A stretch of 64,000 bases of DNA from an uncultured Bacilli bacterium (GCA_947627505.1 CANQWG010000003.1:5504-69503); one strand, 5' to 3'; counted from the stretch's first letter, positions 28,113 through 38,216 are shown. A program made the numbers and translations. Notes: generated by a model not told the origin, from the letters alone.

Positions 28113-28984
28113 TTTACAATCTCCATAGACATGAAGTCTTTAAAAAATACATCTTGCAAAGAACGCTCGACAGGAATTAATAAATATTTAGCATCCCGTA
28201 TTTCACAATAATTTTTAATTCTATTTGTGACATACTTTACGGCTTCTTGATAAGCCTCTAAAACATTTTGTGTGATATTGTTTTTATAATATCGTTCATT
28301 ATTTTCGCTATCGTAAAGAATCACTTTTCCCCTTTTCGAAGGATTTAATTCTTCTTGAGAAAGAACTTGTAAACATAAAACATCTCTTCTTTTTTCACGA
28401 AGGTGATCAATGGAATATTCATAAGGTAAGTCTGTGAGAAAATCAGAAATGATGATCGAATTTCCATCCCCATATCCCACATTTGATTTTAAAATGGCTT
28501 CCAAAAGATTACTTTCCCCTTTAAACTCCACTTCATTTAATCTATTGATATAGTTTAAATAAGAATCTTTTCCTACGACATTTTCCATGATGCCATATAA
28601 TTGATTTTCTTGAACATAATAAATCGATACTTTGTCCATGTATTTGATAGATAAATAAGCAAGTGACGCGGCAAGTTCTAACGCTCTTATGCCTTTAGAA
28701 AAATAACCCATCGACGCGGAGGCATCAACATAGATTTTTGTATGTAATTGTCTTTCGTCTAAAAAGAGCTTTAAAAAGAGATTATCGGTACGCGCAAAAA
28801 CACTCCAGTCGATTTTACTGACATCATCTCCAGGAATATATTCCCTATAATCAGCGAATTCTACTGAGGAACCATAACTTTTTGTCTTATGATTTCCTCC
28901 AAATCTTCCTTGAATGATATCGTGTATTGATAACTGCAGTAATTCGATTTGCTCTAAGAATTGATCATCGATAATCTGCTTCAT
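28109..28984 (-). CDS. DUF58 domain protein (MoxR-associated, VWA-like)
   Basis: SSVEFADYREYIPGDDVSKIDWSVFART plus YVDASASM. Confidence 0.8.
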   Translation of the reverse strand: MKQIIDDQFLEQIELLQLSIHDIIQGRFGGNHKTKSYGSSVEFADYREYIPGDDVSKIDWSVFARTDNLFLKLFLDERQLHTKIYVDASASMGYFSKGIRALELAASLAYLSIKYMDKVSIYYVQENQLYGIMENVVGKDSYLNYINRLNEVEFKGESNLLEAILKSNVGYGDGNSIIISDFLTDLPYEYSIDHLREKRRDVLCLQVLSQEELNPSKRGKVILYDSENNERYYKNNITQNVLEAYQEAVKYVTNRIKNYCEIRDAKYLLIPVERSLQDVFFKDFMSMEIVK

Positions 28985-28986
28985 AA

Positions 28987-29970
28987 TTAATGACCTTTTT
29001 TATTCTCTTGGATTAATAAAGAAATCACCTCATCACAAGATAGATGTTCATTAATCGCATTGTAGTTAATCTTAATACGATGTCTTAATATAGGATAACA
29101 AAGAGCATCGATATCTTCATAACTTACATTAAATCTTTCTTCGATTAAGGCTCTGATTTTTGCCGTGGTAATTAAGGCTTGACCCGCGCGAGGGGACGCG
29201 CCATAACGGATATATTTTTTTGCCACTTCCGAAGTATCTTTTAATTCAGGGTGACTAGAAGAAACTAATTTCATGGCATATGTGACAATTTCAGGAAGAA
29301 CCGGGACGTCTTTTGCTAATGCCCTCATTGCTAAAATGGTTGGTCCATCGATAATTTTCGTCGCAACTTCATCCATCGTAACTTGTGTCATATTGACGAT
29401 GTTTTCAAGCTCTTCATTGCTAGGAAATTCCATGACTAATTTAAACATGAAGCGGTCCATTTGGGCTTCCGGTAAAGGATAAGTACCATCTTGTTCGATG
29501 GGGTTTTCTGTTGCCATAACAAAGAAGGGTTCATCAATTTTATAAGTTTGATTTGAAACCGTGACACTATGCTCTTGCATGACTTCGAGTAAAGCAGATT
29601 GTGTTTTAGGGGTTGCTCTATTGATTTCATCGGCAAGAATTAAATTTGCAAAGACGGGTCCTTTTTGGAATCTTGTATTGAGTTTTCCTTGTTCATCTTT
29701 TTCGATGATATTCATACCGATTAAATCTGATGGCATTAAATCTGGCGTAAATTGAATTCTCGAGAAAGGTAAACTTAAAGTTTGACTTAAAGAACGAACT
29801 AGACGAGTTTTACCAACGCCTGGAACACCTTCAAGAAGAACATTACCTCCTGCGAGAATCGCGATAATGACATTATCGATTACCTCTTCTTGACCGACGA
29901 CATCCTTATGGACTTCTTCTTTGATCTTTTTGACTAATGTTGCAAATTCACTGATTTCTAATTCCTTCAT
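28987..29970 (-). CDS. MoxR family AAA+ ATPase
   Basis: VVGQEEVIDNVIIAILAGGNVLLEGVPGVGKT Walker A, 327 aa. Confidence 0.9.
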   Translation of the reverse strand: MKELEISEFATLVKKIKEEVHKDVVGQEEVIDNVIIAILAGGNVLLEGVPGVGKTRLVRSLSQTLSLPFSRIQFTPDLMPSDLIGMNIIEKDEQGKLNTRFQKGPVFANLILADEINRATPKTQSALLEVMQEHSVTVSNQTYKIDEPFFVMATENPIEQDGTYPLPEAQMDRFMFKLVMEFPSNEELENIVNMTQVTMDEVATKIIDGPTILAMRALAKDVPVLPEIVTYAMKLVSSSHPELKDTSEVAKKYIRYGASPRAGQALITTAKIRALIEERFNVSYEDIDALCYPILRHRIKINYNAINEHLSCDEVISLLIQENKKGH

Positions 29971-30902
29971 AGCATTCTCCTTTTTATTGCCTTTTGCGGC
30001 TCACTATTTCCTTCGTTATTTTTACTTTGATCGTATAATGATTTAAAGTAATCATCTAAAATATCTTCAAGATCATCGGGGATATTTCCTTGTATTTCAC
30101 CTTCGACGATTTGATTATAATAATCATCTAAAACATCGCCAAGTTCTGTAAATCCGTCTTTAGTAAAGACATGACCATCGCCATATTGGGTTTCTCCATC
30201 TCCGCTTTGTATGGAATTTGAAGAATCCGAGTTTTGGCTTGCACTATCGATATCCCCTGAATCAATTTCACTAGTTTCTCCAGATTCTACACTAGTTAAA
30301 TCTCCGCTTTCAATTCCTGAATCGCTTCCTTGTTCTCCACCTTGCATTGAAGTTGAATCACTAGTCACTATGCTTGTATCGATGGAGCTTGGATCAAGTG
30401 AACTATTCGAGTTAGGATCCTCTTTAAAGGGGGAATTAGGATTTAAAGGAATGAAAAAAGATCCTCCAACAATTAAAAGTGCTATAACTAAAGAAATATA
30501 ATAACCAATAGGAATCACAATCGGTAATTCTTTAGTATCGCAATTCAGTAAAGATAGCTTTGTATCTTCTTTTTGCTTAATTAAGATTTCATTGTCATTT
30601 GATGGATATTCCACCATCGTTTGAGTTTTTTCTTTTAAATGGTATGTTTCATCAAGTCTTTTAGCAATGCTTTTTTCATCTGGTTGATGATTAAAATATA
30701 GTAAGCAAACAAATATAGCAGAAGAACTTAAGAAAATCAAAATATAAAAGATAAAAAATAAATCGATCCCGATTAATTTAAAGGCACCAAAAATAAGAGC
30801 AGTAAAAATAGCGCCGAGAGAATCCCCTAATATCAGTGCTTTAATTAAATGTTCGAGTAAAATTTTCTTGCTAAACTTTTTAAATTCTTCTTTCATATCC
30901 AC
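29967..30902 (-). CDS. membrane protein with Ser/Asp/Gly/Glu-rich acidic tail (first gene of the MoxR operon)
   Basis: Three predicted TM segments then low-complexity SDSG/ESG repeats; 4-nt overlap with moxR. Confidence 0.5.
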   Translation of the reverse strand: MDMKEEFKKFSKKILLEHLIKALILGDSLGAIFTALIFGAFKLIGIDLFFIFYILIFLSSSAIFVCLLYFNHQPDEKSIAKRLDETYHLKEKTQTMVEYPSNDNEILIKQKEDTKLSLLNCDTKELPIVIPIGYYISLVIALLIVGGSFFIPLNPNSPFKEDPNSNSSLDPSSIDTSIVTSDSTSMQGGEQGSDSGIESGDLTSVESGETSEIDSGDIDSASQNSDSSNSIQSGDGETQYGDGHVFTKDGFTELGDVLDDYYNQIVEGEIQGNIPDDLEDILDDYFKSLYDQSKNNEGNSEPQKAIKRRML

Positions 30903-31226
30903 TTTTAATTAAGACTTTTATATTTATATAAAATATAAAATTTTGCGTTAATTATAGCATATCTCCCTTTCTTTTCAAGAGAAAAAAATCGAATATGCAA
31001 ATTCGTATATTGAGGGCATAAATTTGTCCTAACTACTCGCTTTTTTAATGGTAAACCATAAACTTTGTACGATGAGGAAGATCCAAATTGAAAATTATTT
31101 AAAGACAGGAGCATTCAACTTCCGCTTCGTTAACTTTGTCACTTAACATCATTGAATTTTTTTTGGCAATTTATTTCATCTATCAAAAATAATTGCTATA
31201 ATAACAAAGTTTGAGGTGATTTTTAT

Positions 31227-33047
31227 ATGAAAATTAGAAATGTCGCCATCATCGCTCACGTCGACCACGGAAAAACAACCTTAGTCGACCAATTGTTACG
31301 AAAATCAGGAACATTCAGAGACAACGAAGAGGTTCAAGAACGGGCGATGGATAGCAATGATATCGAACGGGAACGCGGAATTACGATTTTAGCCAAAACT
31401 ACTGCGATCAATTACAAAGATTATCGCATAAATATTTTAGACACTCCTGGACACGCCGACTTCGGTGGTGAAGTAGAACGAATCATGAAAATGGTTGATG
31501 GCTGTGTATTAGTCGTCGATGCACTAGAAGGAACGATGCCACAAACCCGCTTTGTCTTAAAAAAAGCTTTGGAAGCACATATTCAACCCATCGTCGTCGT
31601 CAATAAAATCGATCGACCAAACGCCGATCCTTCAAGAGTCGTCGACGAAGTGCTTGACCTTTTTATCGAGCTTGGCGCTCCAGATGAACTTTTAGACTTT
31701 AAAACGATCTATTGTTCAGCCTTGAAAGGAACTTCCTCTTATAGCCCTCTTATCAGCGATCAAAAAGAGGGCATGGATCCGATTTTTGAGACGATTATTA
31801 GTGAAATTCCCGAACCGCAATGCGATGAAAATGGTGAATTGCAATTTCAACCGGCCCTTCTTGATTACAATGATTACGTTGGGAAAATCGGAATCGGTCG
31901 CATCAATCGCGGAGTCATTAAAACTAACGACATGGTCACATGTTGCCGTTTAGATGGCACGACTAAAAATTTCCGCATTCAAAAACTCTATGGTTTTTTA
32001 GGTCTAAAGCGACTTGAAATTCAAGAAGCTAAAGCCGGGGATATTGTTGCTATCGCTGGATTACCTGACCTTTGCGTCGGTGAAACGATTTGCGAATTCA
32101 ATAAACCTTGTCCTCTCCCTTTCATTCATATCGATGAACCGACCTTGCAAATGACTTTCGGAGTCAACTCGTCGCCTTTCGCAGGACGAGACGGCAAACA
32201 ATTGACTGCCCGTAAAATCGAAGAACGTCTCTACAAAGAAACACAACGCGACGTCTCTTTGAAAGTCGAACGAATTCCCAATTCTGAAACTTGGATCGTC
32301 TCGGGACGTGGTGAATTGCATCTTTCGATTTTAATTGAAAATATGCGACGCGAAGGCTTTGAATTACAAGTTTCTAAACCCGAAGTTATCATTAAGGAAA
32401 TCGATGGTGATCCTTGTGAACCATATGAAGACGTGCAAATCGACTGCCCGGAAGATTATGTTGGTTCCGTAATGGAAGCTTTAGGTTCCCGTGGTGCCGA
32501 ATTGGTTCATATGTCATACAATGAAGATCAAGTTCGTGTCAATTATGTGATACCTTCGCGTGGATTACTCGGCTTCATGACTAATTTCATGACCTTAACC
32601 AAAGGATACGGAATTATCAATCACACTTTTAAAGAATATCGAAAGCAATTAAAACTAAATGTCGGAGAACGTAAAATCGGTGTTCTAGTAGCCACGGACG
32701 GTGGTCAATCGACACCATATGCTTTACAACATGTCGAAGAACGTGGCACGATGTTTATCGGGCCTGGAGTTGAAGTCTATGAAGGGATGATCGTCGGTGA
32801 AAATCGCTACGATATGGATCTAGGCGTTTCCGTGGTTCGCGAAAAGAATCTTTCCAATATGCGTTCTTCTTCGAAAGATACGACCGTCGTTTTAAAAAGC
32901 CCTCGTCATCTTTCTTTGGAAGAAGCACTCGATTATATCAATACTGATGAACTCGTCGAAGTGACTCCAAATGCTTATCGAATGCGGAAAAAAATTCTCA
33001 ATACCGCAGAACGGAAAAAATTTGAAGCGCATCATCGTCAAGATTAA
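31227..33047 (+). CDS. typA: translational GTPase TypA/BipA
   Basis: [27 protein letters not shown]; 606 aa; promoter TATAAT and RBS GAGGTGA upstream. Confidence 0.95.
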   Translation: MKIRNVAIIAHVDHGKTTLVDQLLRKSGTFRDNEEVQERAMDSNDIERERGITILAKTTAINYKDYRINILDTPGHADFGGEVERIMKMVDGCVLVVDALEGTMPQTRFVLKKALEAHIQPIVVVNKIDRPNADPSRVVDEVLDLFIELGAPDELLDFKTIYCSALKGTSSYSPLISDQKEGMDPIFETIISEIPEPQCDENGELQFQPALLDYNDYVGKIGIGRINRGVIKTNDMVTCCRLDGTTKNFRIQKLYGFLGLKRLEIQEAKAGDIVAIAGLPDLCVGETICEFNKPCPLPFIHIDEPTLQMTFGVNSSPFAGRDGKQLTARKIEERLYKETQRDVSLKVERIPNSETWIVSGRGELHLSILIENMRREGFELQVSKPEVIIKEIDGDPCEPYEDVQIDCPEDYVGSVMEALGSRGAELVHMSYNEDQVRVNYVIPSRGLLGFMTNFMTLTKGYGIINHTFKEYRKQLKLNVGERKIGVLVATDGGQSTPYALQHVEERGTMFIGPGVEVYEGMIVGENRYDMDLGVSVVREKNLSNMRSSSKDTTVVLKSPRHLSLEEALDYINTDELVEVTPNAYRMRKKILNTAERKKFEAHHRQD

Positions 33048-33050
33048 AAA

Positions 33051-33071
33051 AACAGGTCAACCCTGTTTTTT
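33051..33071 (+). terminator. rho-independent terminator after typA
   Basis: AACAGGtcaacCCTGTT followed by T6. Confidence 0.75.
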
Positions 33072-33103
33072 CTTATATTAAAATTAGACGGAGGAAGTAA
33101 AAT

Positions 33104-34078
33104 ATGAAATGGTATAAAATTGTTTTAGCAGTTTTTCTGATAATTTTATTTTCGCCCTTTATTTTATTAGGAATAGTATTATTTTCTTTATTAGGATTTA
33201 TATTATTTTGCTTTATAACGCCATATTCAGCTATTTCTAATCGCAAAAATTATAAAAAATCTGCTTACTATCAAAAATATAAAAAATCTTATAATAAAAC
33301 AATTTGCACTAGTAATAATTATATTTTTTATAATTATGCGATTAATGAGAAATTGCCTATTCAATATTTCAGAGTTGAATCTACCGGATTCGAATATTTC
33401 ATTTTTAAAAACAATATTTTTATTTTCCCTGATTTTAATGAAATTGTATTTAATGTAGATAAAGGTGAATACGAAATAGTATATAAGGAAAAAAACAAGC
33501 AAATATATATGTCAATAGATGAATTTATTAATAATAAAAGAAAACTATTTGATGATAATATCGCTTTGCCGATAAAAATTTTAGTATTAAGAAATTATTT
33601 TGACGAAGAATATCTAGATATCGATAATCTTCCTCAATCACTTTATGTTGTAAAGTATTACAATACAGCTTTCAAAAATGAAAATAAAAAATTATTGTCG
33701 ATTGTTCCACATACAACTGAAACATTATATAAAATGATGTTAGAAAATGAAAAACTCGGCGGTAAATTTGAGTTGAAAAATGGCGAACAGATTATTTGGA
33801 CTTTTGAAGATGTCCAATATGAAATAGAAATGGAAGGTGATGAAGGTTATTTTGGTGTTTTTAAAAATAATAAATCTCATACCAATATTACACATTGGCA
33901 TCCTTGGAATTATGAGATATATGATGATGTATGTAATGTCGGCGAAAAAGGTAATATATTAATAATAAAGTATTCATTAGGATCAGCAGAAACATTATAT
34001 ATGGGAAATCCTAAAAACTATGTATTTGATAAAAACAAAAAACGCATCGGAAAAATATTTTATTTTGAATCTAAATAA
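33104..34078 (+). CDS. hypothetical membrane-anchored protein, markedly AT-rich orphan
   Basis: 324 aa; two N-terminal TM helices then Lys/Asn/Tyr-rich soluble region; visibly lower GC than its neighbours. Confidence 0.5.
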   Translation: MKWYKIVLAVFLIILFSPFILLGIVLFSLLGFILFCFITPYSAISNRKNYKKSAYYQKYKKSYNKTICTSNNYIFYNYAINEKLPIQYFRVESTGFEYFIFKNNIFIFPDFNEIVFNVDKGEYEIVYKEKNKQIYMSIDEFINNKRKLFDDNIALPIKILVLRNYFDEEYLDIDNLPQSLYVVKYYNTAFKNENKKLLSIVPHTTETLYKMMLENEKLGGKFELKNGEQIIWTFEDVQYEIEMEGDEGYFGVFKNNKSHTNITHWHPWNYEIYDDVCNVGEKGNILIIKYSLGSAETLYMGNPKNYVFDKNKKRIGKIFYFESK

Positions 34079-34178
34079 ATTAAGTGATAAATCTTTTTTG
34101 TAATGTTTAATAATTACTACTTTATAGGTTCATATTAGATAAAATCGCGTTTATAAAAGATTCTCTTAATTTATTAGC

Positions 34179-34208
34179 ACCACTAAGAACTCTTTTTAGT
34201 GGTTTTTT
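34179..34208 (+). terminator. rho-independent terminator
   Basis: ACCACTAAgaactctttTTAGTGGT followed by T6. Confidence 0.7.
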
Positions 34209-36048
34209 ATTGTTTGATTTTAATTACGAGATTTCGCATCGCATTTAAAATAGCGATAAGCGCCACTCCAACATCGGCAAAGATTGCAAGAAACATGTTA
34301 GTGTAACCTAAAGTCGAAAGAATCAAAACTAAGATTTTTATCGCTATTGAAAAGATAATATTTTCTTTAACGATTCTTATCGTCCGCTTTGACAAGCGGT
34401 AGATTAAAGGGATTTTTTGAATATCATCGTTTAAAATGACGACATCGCTAGCCTCTAACGCGGCATCAGAACCAAGTCCCCCCATTGCAAAGCCCACATC
34501 GCTTAACGCTAAAACCGGTGCATCATTCAATCCATCGCCGACAAAAGCGATTTTACTATCGGCATCCAATGATTCTTTTATCGTCTTGAAAATTCTGACT
34601 TTATCTTGTGGCATCAATTCATAATGCACTTCGTCGAGTTTCAAATAAGATTGGATTTTTAAAGTATTTTCTTTTTTGTCTCCGGTAAGCATCACCGCTT
34701 TAATATTTTGATCATGGAGTTTCTCGATTGTGGCTTTTGCTTCTTTTTTCACTTCATCACCGACCGTCACATAACCTAAATATTGATTATCGTAAGCGAC
34801 ATAGATCGTCGTTCCAAATGAATCGTTTTTAGCATAGTTAATATTAAATTGCTCCATCAATTTGTCGTTGCCGGCGATGATAACTTTATCGTCAATTTTT
34901 CCTTTAAGACCCATTCCGGCAACTTCTTCATACTCTTTTACTTCCTTCAATTCACCATCATAAGATGTGACAATAGCGTTAGCTAACGGATGTAAAGAAT
35001 TATGTTCAAGTGACGCAAGAAGTTGCATCATCCGCCCTTCATCAGCAGCACTTTTATCAATAATTGTAAAATTGCCTTTAGTTAAAGTACCTGTTTTATC
35101 AAAGCATATTGCTTTTAACTTCGCGATTTGTTCAATATATGTACTGCCTTTTATTAGGATTCCTTGTTTTGAAGCATAGCCGATGCCCGAAAAGAATGAT
35201 AACGGAATCGATATCACTAAAGCACACGGACACGAGACCACTAAAAATGATAGTGCTCGATGCAACCACATGGTCCATAATCCGTCAAACAAAGGTGGAA
35301 GTACCGCTAAAACAATTGCTAAAAGGACGACAAGCGGTGTATAAATTCGCGCGAATTTTGTGATGAATTTTTCATTCTCCCCTTTAGTTGACGATGCCTC
35401 TTCGATAAGCGATAAAATTTTAGTAGCCGTCGAATTTTCATAGGTGCTCTTCACTCTAATTACAAGTCGCGAATTGAGATTGATCGTTCCAGAAAATACT
35501 TCGCTCTTTTTTAAAACCTTAACCGGTAGCGACTCACCGGTTAAAGAACTCATATCCAATAAAGATTCTCCCTCTTCAACTATGCCGTCAAGGGGAATTC
35601 TTTCACCCGGTTTTACAACCATAAGTTCATCTAATTTCACTTCTGCAGAAGCGACTTCAAGTTCTTGATCGTCACGGATAACACGTGTAGTTTCCGGAAT
35701 GAGATTCATCATCGCCGTGATCGATTTTCGCGATTTGTCTACCGCTAAATCTTGAAGTAATTCTCCAATTTGGTAAAGAATCATCACCGCGATGGCTTCA
35801 CTATACTCTTGTAATGCTAGTGCGACAAGTGAAGCAAGACTCATCAAGAAAAACTCATCTAGAAAAGCGTGGGGATCATGAAAAATATTTTTGATAGCTT
35901 TAAAGATAATATCGTAACTGATAACAACATACGAGACTATAAAAATAATGACCTTAAAAACATTATCAATCGGCAAAAAGATTCCAAGTAATAGCAAAAT
36001 AGAAGATAAAATTATTTTAACGATTGCGATAATATTTTCTTTATTCAT
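34207..36048 (-). CDS. heavy-metal (Cd/Zn/Co-type) translocating P1B-type ATPase
   Basis: CPC motif VVSCPCALV, DKTGTLT, HP motif, GDGLNDAP; start at MNKEN overlapping (ATGA) the stop of the HMA gene. Confidence 0.85.
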   Translation of the reverse strand: MNKENIIAIVKIILSSILLLLGIFLPIDNVFKVIIFIVSYVVISYDIIFKAIKNIFHDPHAFLDEFFLMSLASLVALALQEYSEAIAVMILYQIGELLQDLAVDKSRKSITAMMNLIPETTRVIRDDQELEVASAEVKLDELMVVKPGERIPLDGIVEEGESLLDMSSLTGESLPVKVLKKSEVFSGTINLNSRLVIRVKSTYENSTATKILSLIEEASSTKGENEKFITKFARIYTPLVVLLAIVLAVLPPLFDGLWTMWLHRALSFLVVSCPCALVISIPLSFFSGIGYASKQGILIKGSTYIEQIAKLKAICFDKTGTLTKGNFTIIDKSAADEGRMMQLLASLEHNSLHPLANAIVTSYDGELKEVKEYEEVAGMGLKGKIDDKVIIAGNDKLMEQFNINYAKNDSFGTTIYVAYDNQYLGYVTVGDEVKKEAKATIEKLHDQNIKAVMLTGDKKENTLKIQSYLKLDEVHYELMPQDKVRIFKTIKESLDADSKIAFVGDGLNDAPVLALSDVGFAMGGLGSDAALEASDVVILNDDIQKIPLIYRLSKRTIRIVKENIIFSIAIKILVLILSTLGYTNMFLAIFADVGVALIAILNAMRNLVIKIKQ

Positions 36049-36260
36049 ACGATTTTTACACCACCTTCGAATTTTGCACATTCTTGGCGAATAGTAGCTA
36101 GCACTGTTTCAAATTGATCATCGTACGATTCGATCGTCATCTTATTAAATAAAAAATTGATCGTAAGGTTTTGAACGCCATCGATTTTTTGAAGTTTCCG
36201 TTCTAATTTAGTAGCACAAGACGGACAGTCTAATCCGATAACTTGAAATTTCTTAACCAT
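36045..36260 (-). CDS. heavy-metal-associated (HMA) domain protein, metallochaperone-like
   Basis: GLDCPSCA metal-binding motif; 71 aa; RBS GGAGGA; translationally coupled to the ATPase. Confidence 0.75.
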   Translation of the reverse strand: MVKKFQVIGLDCPSCATKLERKLQKIDGVQNLTINFLFNKMTIESYDDQFETVLATIRQECAKFEGGVKIV

Positions 36261-36275
36261 AATTTTCCTCCAACG

Positions 36276-36331
36276 ATTAAACGTTTGTTTAATTGTATAT
36301 TCATTATATTCAGGTCAAGAAGCTTTTGCAA
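36276..36331 (-). promoter_or_regulatory. promoter (TTGCAA-16-TATAAT) plus 18-bp near-palindrome ATTAAACaaacGTTTAAT upstream of the HMA-ATPase operon
   Basis: Read on the minus strand; palindrome lies between the -10 and the RBS, a typical repressor-operator position. Confidence 0.45.
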
Positions 36332-36352
36332 CTATTTTAAATTATTTATTTA

Positions 36353-36457
36353 TTATTTGTCGCGATTAAGTCTAGTCGCACCCTTAAAAAAAAGAAGAAT
36401 CACGAAGACACTAATTATATAAGCGATTGCAATTAATAGCATCTTCGATAGATTCAT
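36353..36457 (-). CDS. possible 34-aa hydrophobic small membrane peptide
   Basis: MNLSKMLLIAIAYIISVFVILLFFKGATRLNRDK; RBS AGGAAGTGA 6 nt upstream and TATAAT ~20 nt further upstream; missed by the >=60-aa ORF track. Confidence 0.35.
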   Translation of the reverse strand: MNLSKMLLIAIAYIISVFVILLFFKGATRLNRDK

Positions 36458-36600
36458 CTAAAATCACTTCCTATTATATCAATATGTAGATTTGTCGAAA
36501 TTATTATAATTTTGTCGTATTTTATATTTAAATTGTCCCCATTCAATGAATACTGAATACAATTTTTATCTTCTAATTGGAACTTATTTATAGTTTCACT

Positions 36601-37944
36601 CTAACACTTTATCTCGTCTAATAAAAACATAGTCATATATAATGGATAACACTTAATTTTCGGATTAGAACAATTTACATTATTTGTTGATAGGATAATT
36701 CCATAATCTAATCTTTCCTTTTCAAGTATGGTTTTTAAGCTTGATGCTTTTATATTTTTACCTGACTTTACTTCTATTGGAACAATTTTTCTTTTCATAT
36801 ATGTTACAAAATCTATTTCAACAGTTTCATTTTTTTGATAATAATATATAGGTAGCTGATTATCAATTAAGCATTGCGCTATAGCATTTTCAAAAATACC
36901 ACCTTTAAATACACCTAAATTCCCATTAATTATATCAAAACTAACATTTTGTTCATAAAAAGATAACAATAAACCTGTATCATTAAAATAAAATTTAAAA
37001 GCATTTAAATCTCTATAAGCTTTAAGTGGAATATCAAAGGTTTTTAATCTATTTACTTTAATTACTAATCCTGCATCTAAAAGCCAATTCAATGTACTTC
37101 CATAATACCTTGAAGTTCCCCCCTGCTTAACAACTTTATATTGAAATTTCTTATTATCTTTTGCAAGTTGTTCTGGAATTGACTCAAAGCATTCTCGAGC
37201 TTTTTCTCTCATCGTCTTAGATGCATATTTTGCAATATCATTTTTATAATCTAAAAGAATATTTTTTTGAACATAAATCACTTGTTGCATATTCGAAGTT
37301 TCTATGTATTTTTTTACGGCAGCAGGCATCCCGCCTACAACAATATAGTGTAAAAATAATTCAATCAGTTTTTCATGAGTAGCTAATGGAACAACTTCAT
37401 TTTTATCAAAGTATTCGTGTAAGCTACAAATTAACTCATCACTATATCCGTTAGCCCACAAAAATTCCTTAAAAGACATAGGTCTCATGTATAGTGATTC
37501 AACGTATCCTACAGGATAAGAAGAAACCTCATGCATAATAATTCCAAGCATTGATCCAGAGGCAATAACATCAAATCGTCCATCTAAAGCAAAAACTTTT
37601 AAAGCAGTTAAAACCTGTGGACATCTTTGAACCTCATCAAAGAATAACAAAGTTTTACCTTCTTCTATTGGTGTTGGTTGATAAGTTGTTAATTGCATTA
37701 AAAGTGTTTTTATATCCAAATTTCCAGAAAATATATGCCTTGCATCCTCACTAAACTCAAAATTTATGGAATAGCAATATTTATAATTATTTTTTGCAAA
37801 TTCCTCAACTAAATAAGTTTTGCCTACTTGTCTAGAGCCATATATGAGGAGTGGCTTATGTCCGGGTTGTGACTTCCATTGTACTAATTTGTCATACATA
37901 CTTCTGCGCATAAAATCAACCCCTTTCATACTTAATTTTACCAT
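36601..37944 (-). CDS. AAA-family ATPase with C-terminal DUF4143-type domain
   Basis: Walker A GSRQVGKT, Walker B LLFFDEVQ; 447 aa architecture common to the widespread archaeal/bacterial ATPase family; flanked by AT-rich non-coding DNA. Confidence 0.7.
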   Translation of the reverse strand: MVKLSMKGVDFMRRSMYDKLVQWKSQPGHKPLLIYGSRQVGKTYLVEEFAKNNYKYCYSINFEFSEDARHIFSGNLDIKTLLMQLTTYQPTPIEEGKTLLFFDEVQRCPQVLTALKVFALDGRFDVIASGSMLGIIMHEVSSYPVGYVESLYMRPMSFKEFLWANGYSDELICSLHEYFDKNEVVPLATHEKLIELFLHYIVVGGMPAAVKKYIETSNMQQVIYVQKNILLDYKNDIAKYASKTMREKARECFESIPEQLAKDNKKFQYKVVKQGGTSRYYGSTLNWLLDAGLVIKVNRLKTFDIPLKAYRDLNAFKFYFNDTGLLLSFYEQNVSFDIINGNLGVFKGGIFENAIAQCLIDNQLPIYYYQKNETVEIDFVTYMKRKIVPIEVKSGKNIKASSLKTILEKERLDYGIILSTNNVNCSNPKIKCYPLYMTMFLLDEIKC

Positions 37945-37960
37945 GGTCTATAAAAATATG

Positions 37961-38045
37961 CAATTTCACTATAAAAATATGCCGAAAAATATGCAAAAAT
38001 CAATTTAAAAAATATATAAAAATCTGCATAAAAATTTTTAAGCAT
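37961..38045. repeat. four dispersed copies of AAAATATGCA-like motif upstream of the ATPase gene
   Basis: aaaatatgcaa, aaaatatgccg, aaatatgcaaaaa, aaatctgcataaaaa within 85 bp. Confidence 0.5.
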
Positions 38046-38182
38046 TAAAATAGAATAAAATAATCACAAAGATATTTATTACAAAATTAAAGAAACTAAA
38101 TTAAAAAATATTTTTATATTTACAACTCATCTTTGAGTCCTTTTTTGTCTTTTTCATTAAAATACAATTTCCTAGTTAATAA

Positions 38183-38212
38183 AAAAAGTGATCATAATCG
38201 ACCACTTTTAAT
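38183..38212 (-). terminator. rho-independent terminator after dnaJ
   Basis: Minus strand AGTGGTCgattatGATCACT followed by T7. Confidence 0.7.
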
Positions 38213-38216
38213 AATC

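Noticed and set aside
30905-31114. 69-aa minus-strand ORF in the typA upstream region
   Set aside because: Lies in the divergent promoter region, no RBS, low-complexity translation
34207-36260. Frameshifted pseudogene of a fused HMA-P-type ATPase
   Set aside because: The HMA stop and ATPase start form a clean ATGA overlap with a GGTGGTG RBS inside the HMA 3' end, and both ORFs are intact; treated as two coupled genes, though a sequencing frameshift cannot be excluded
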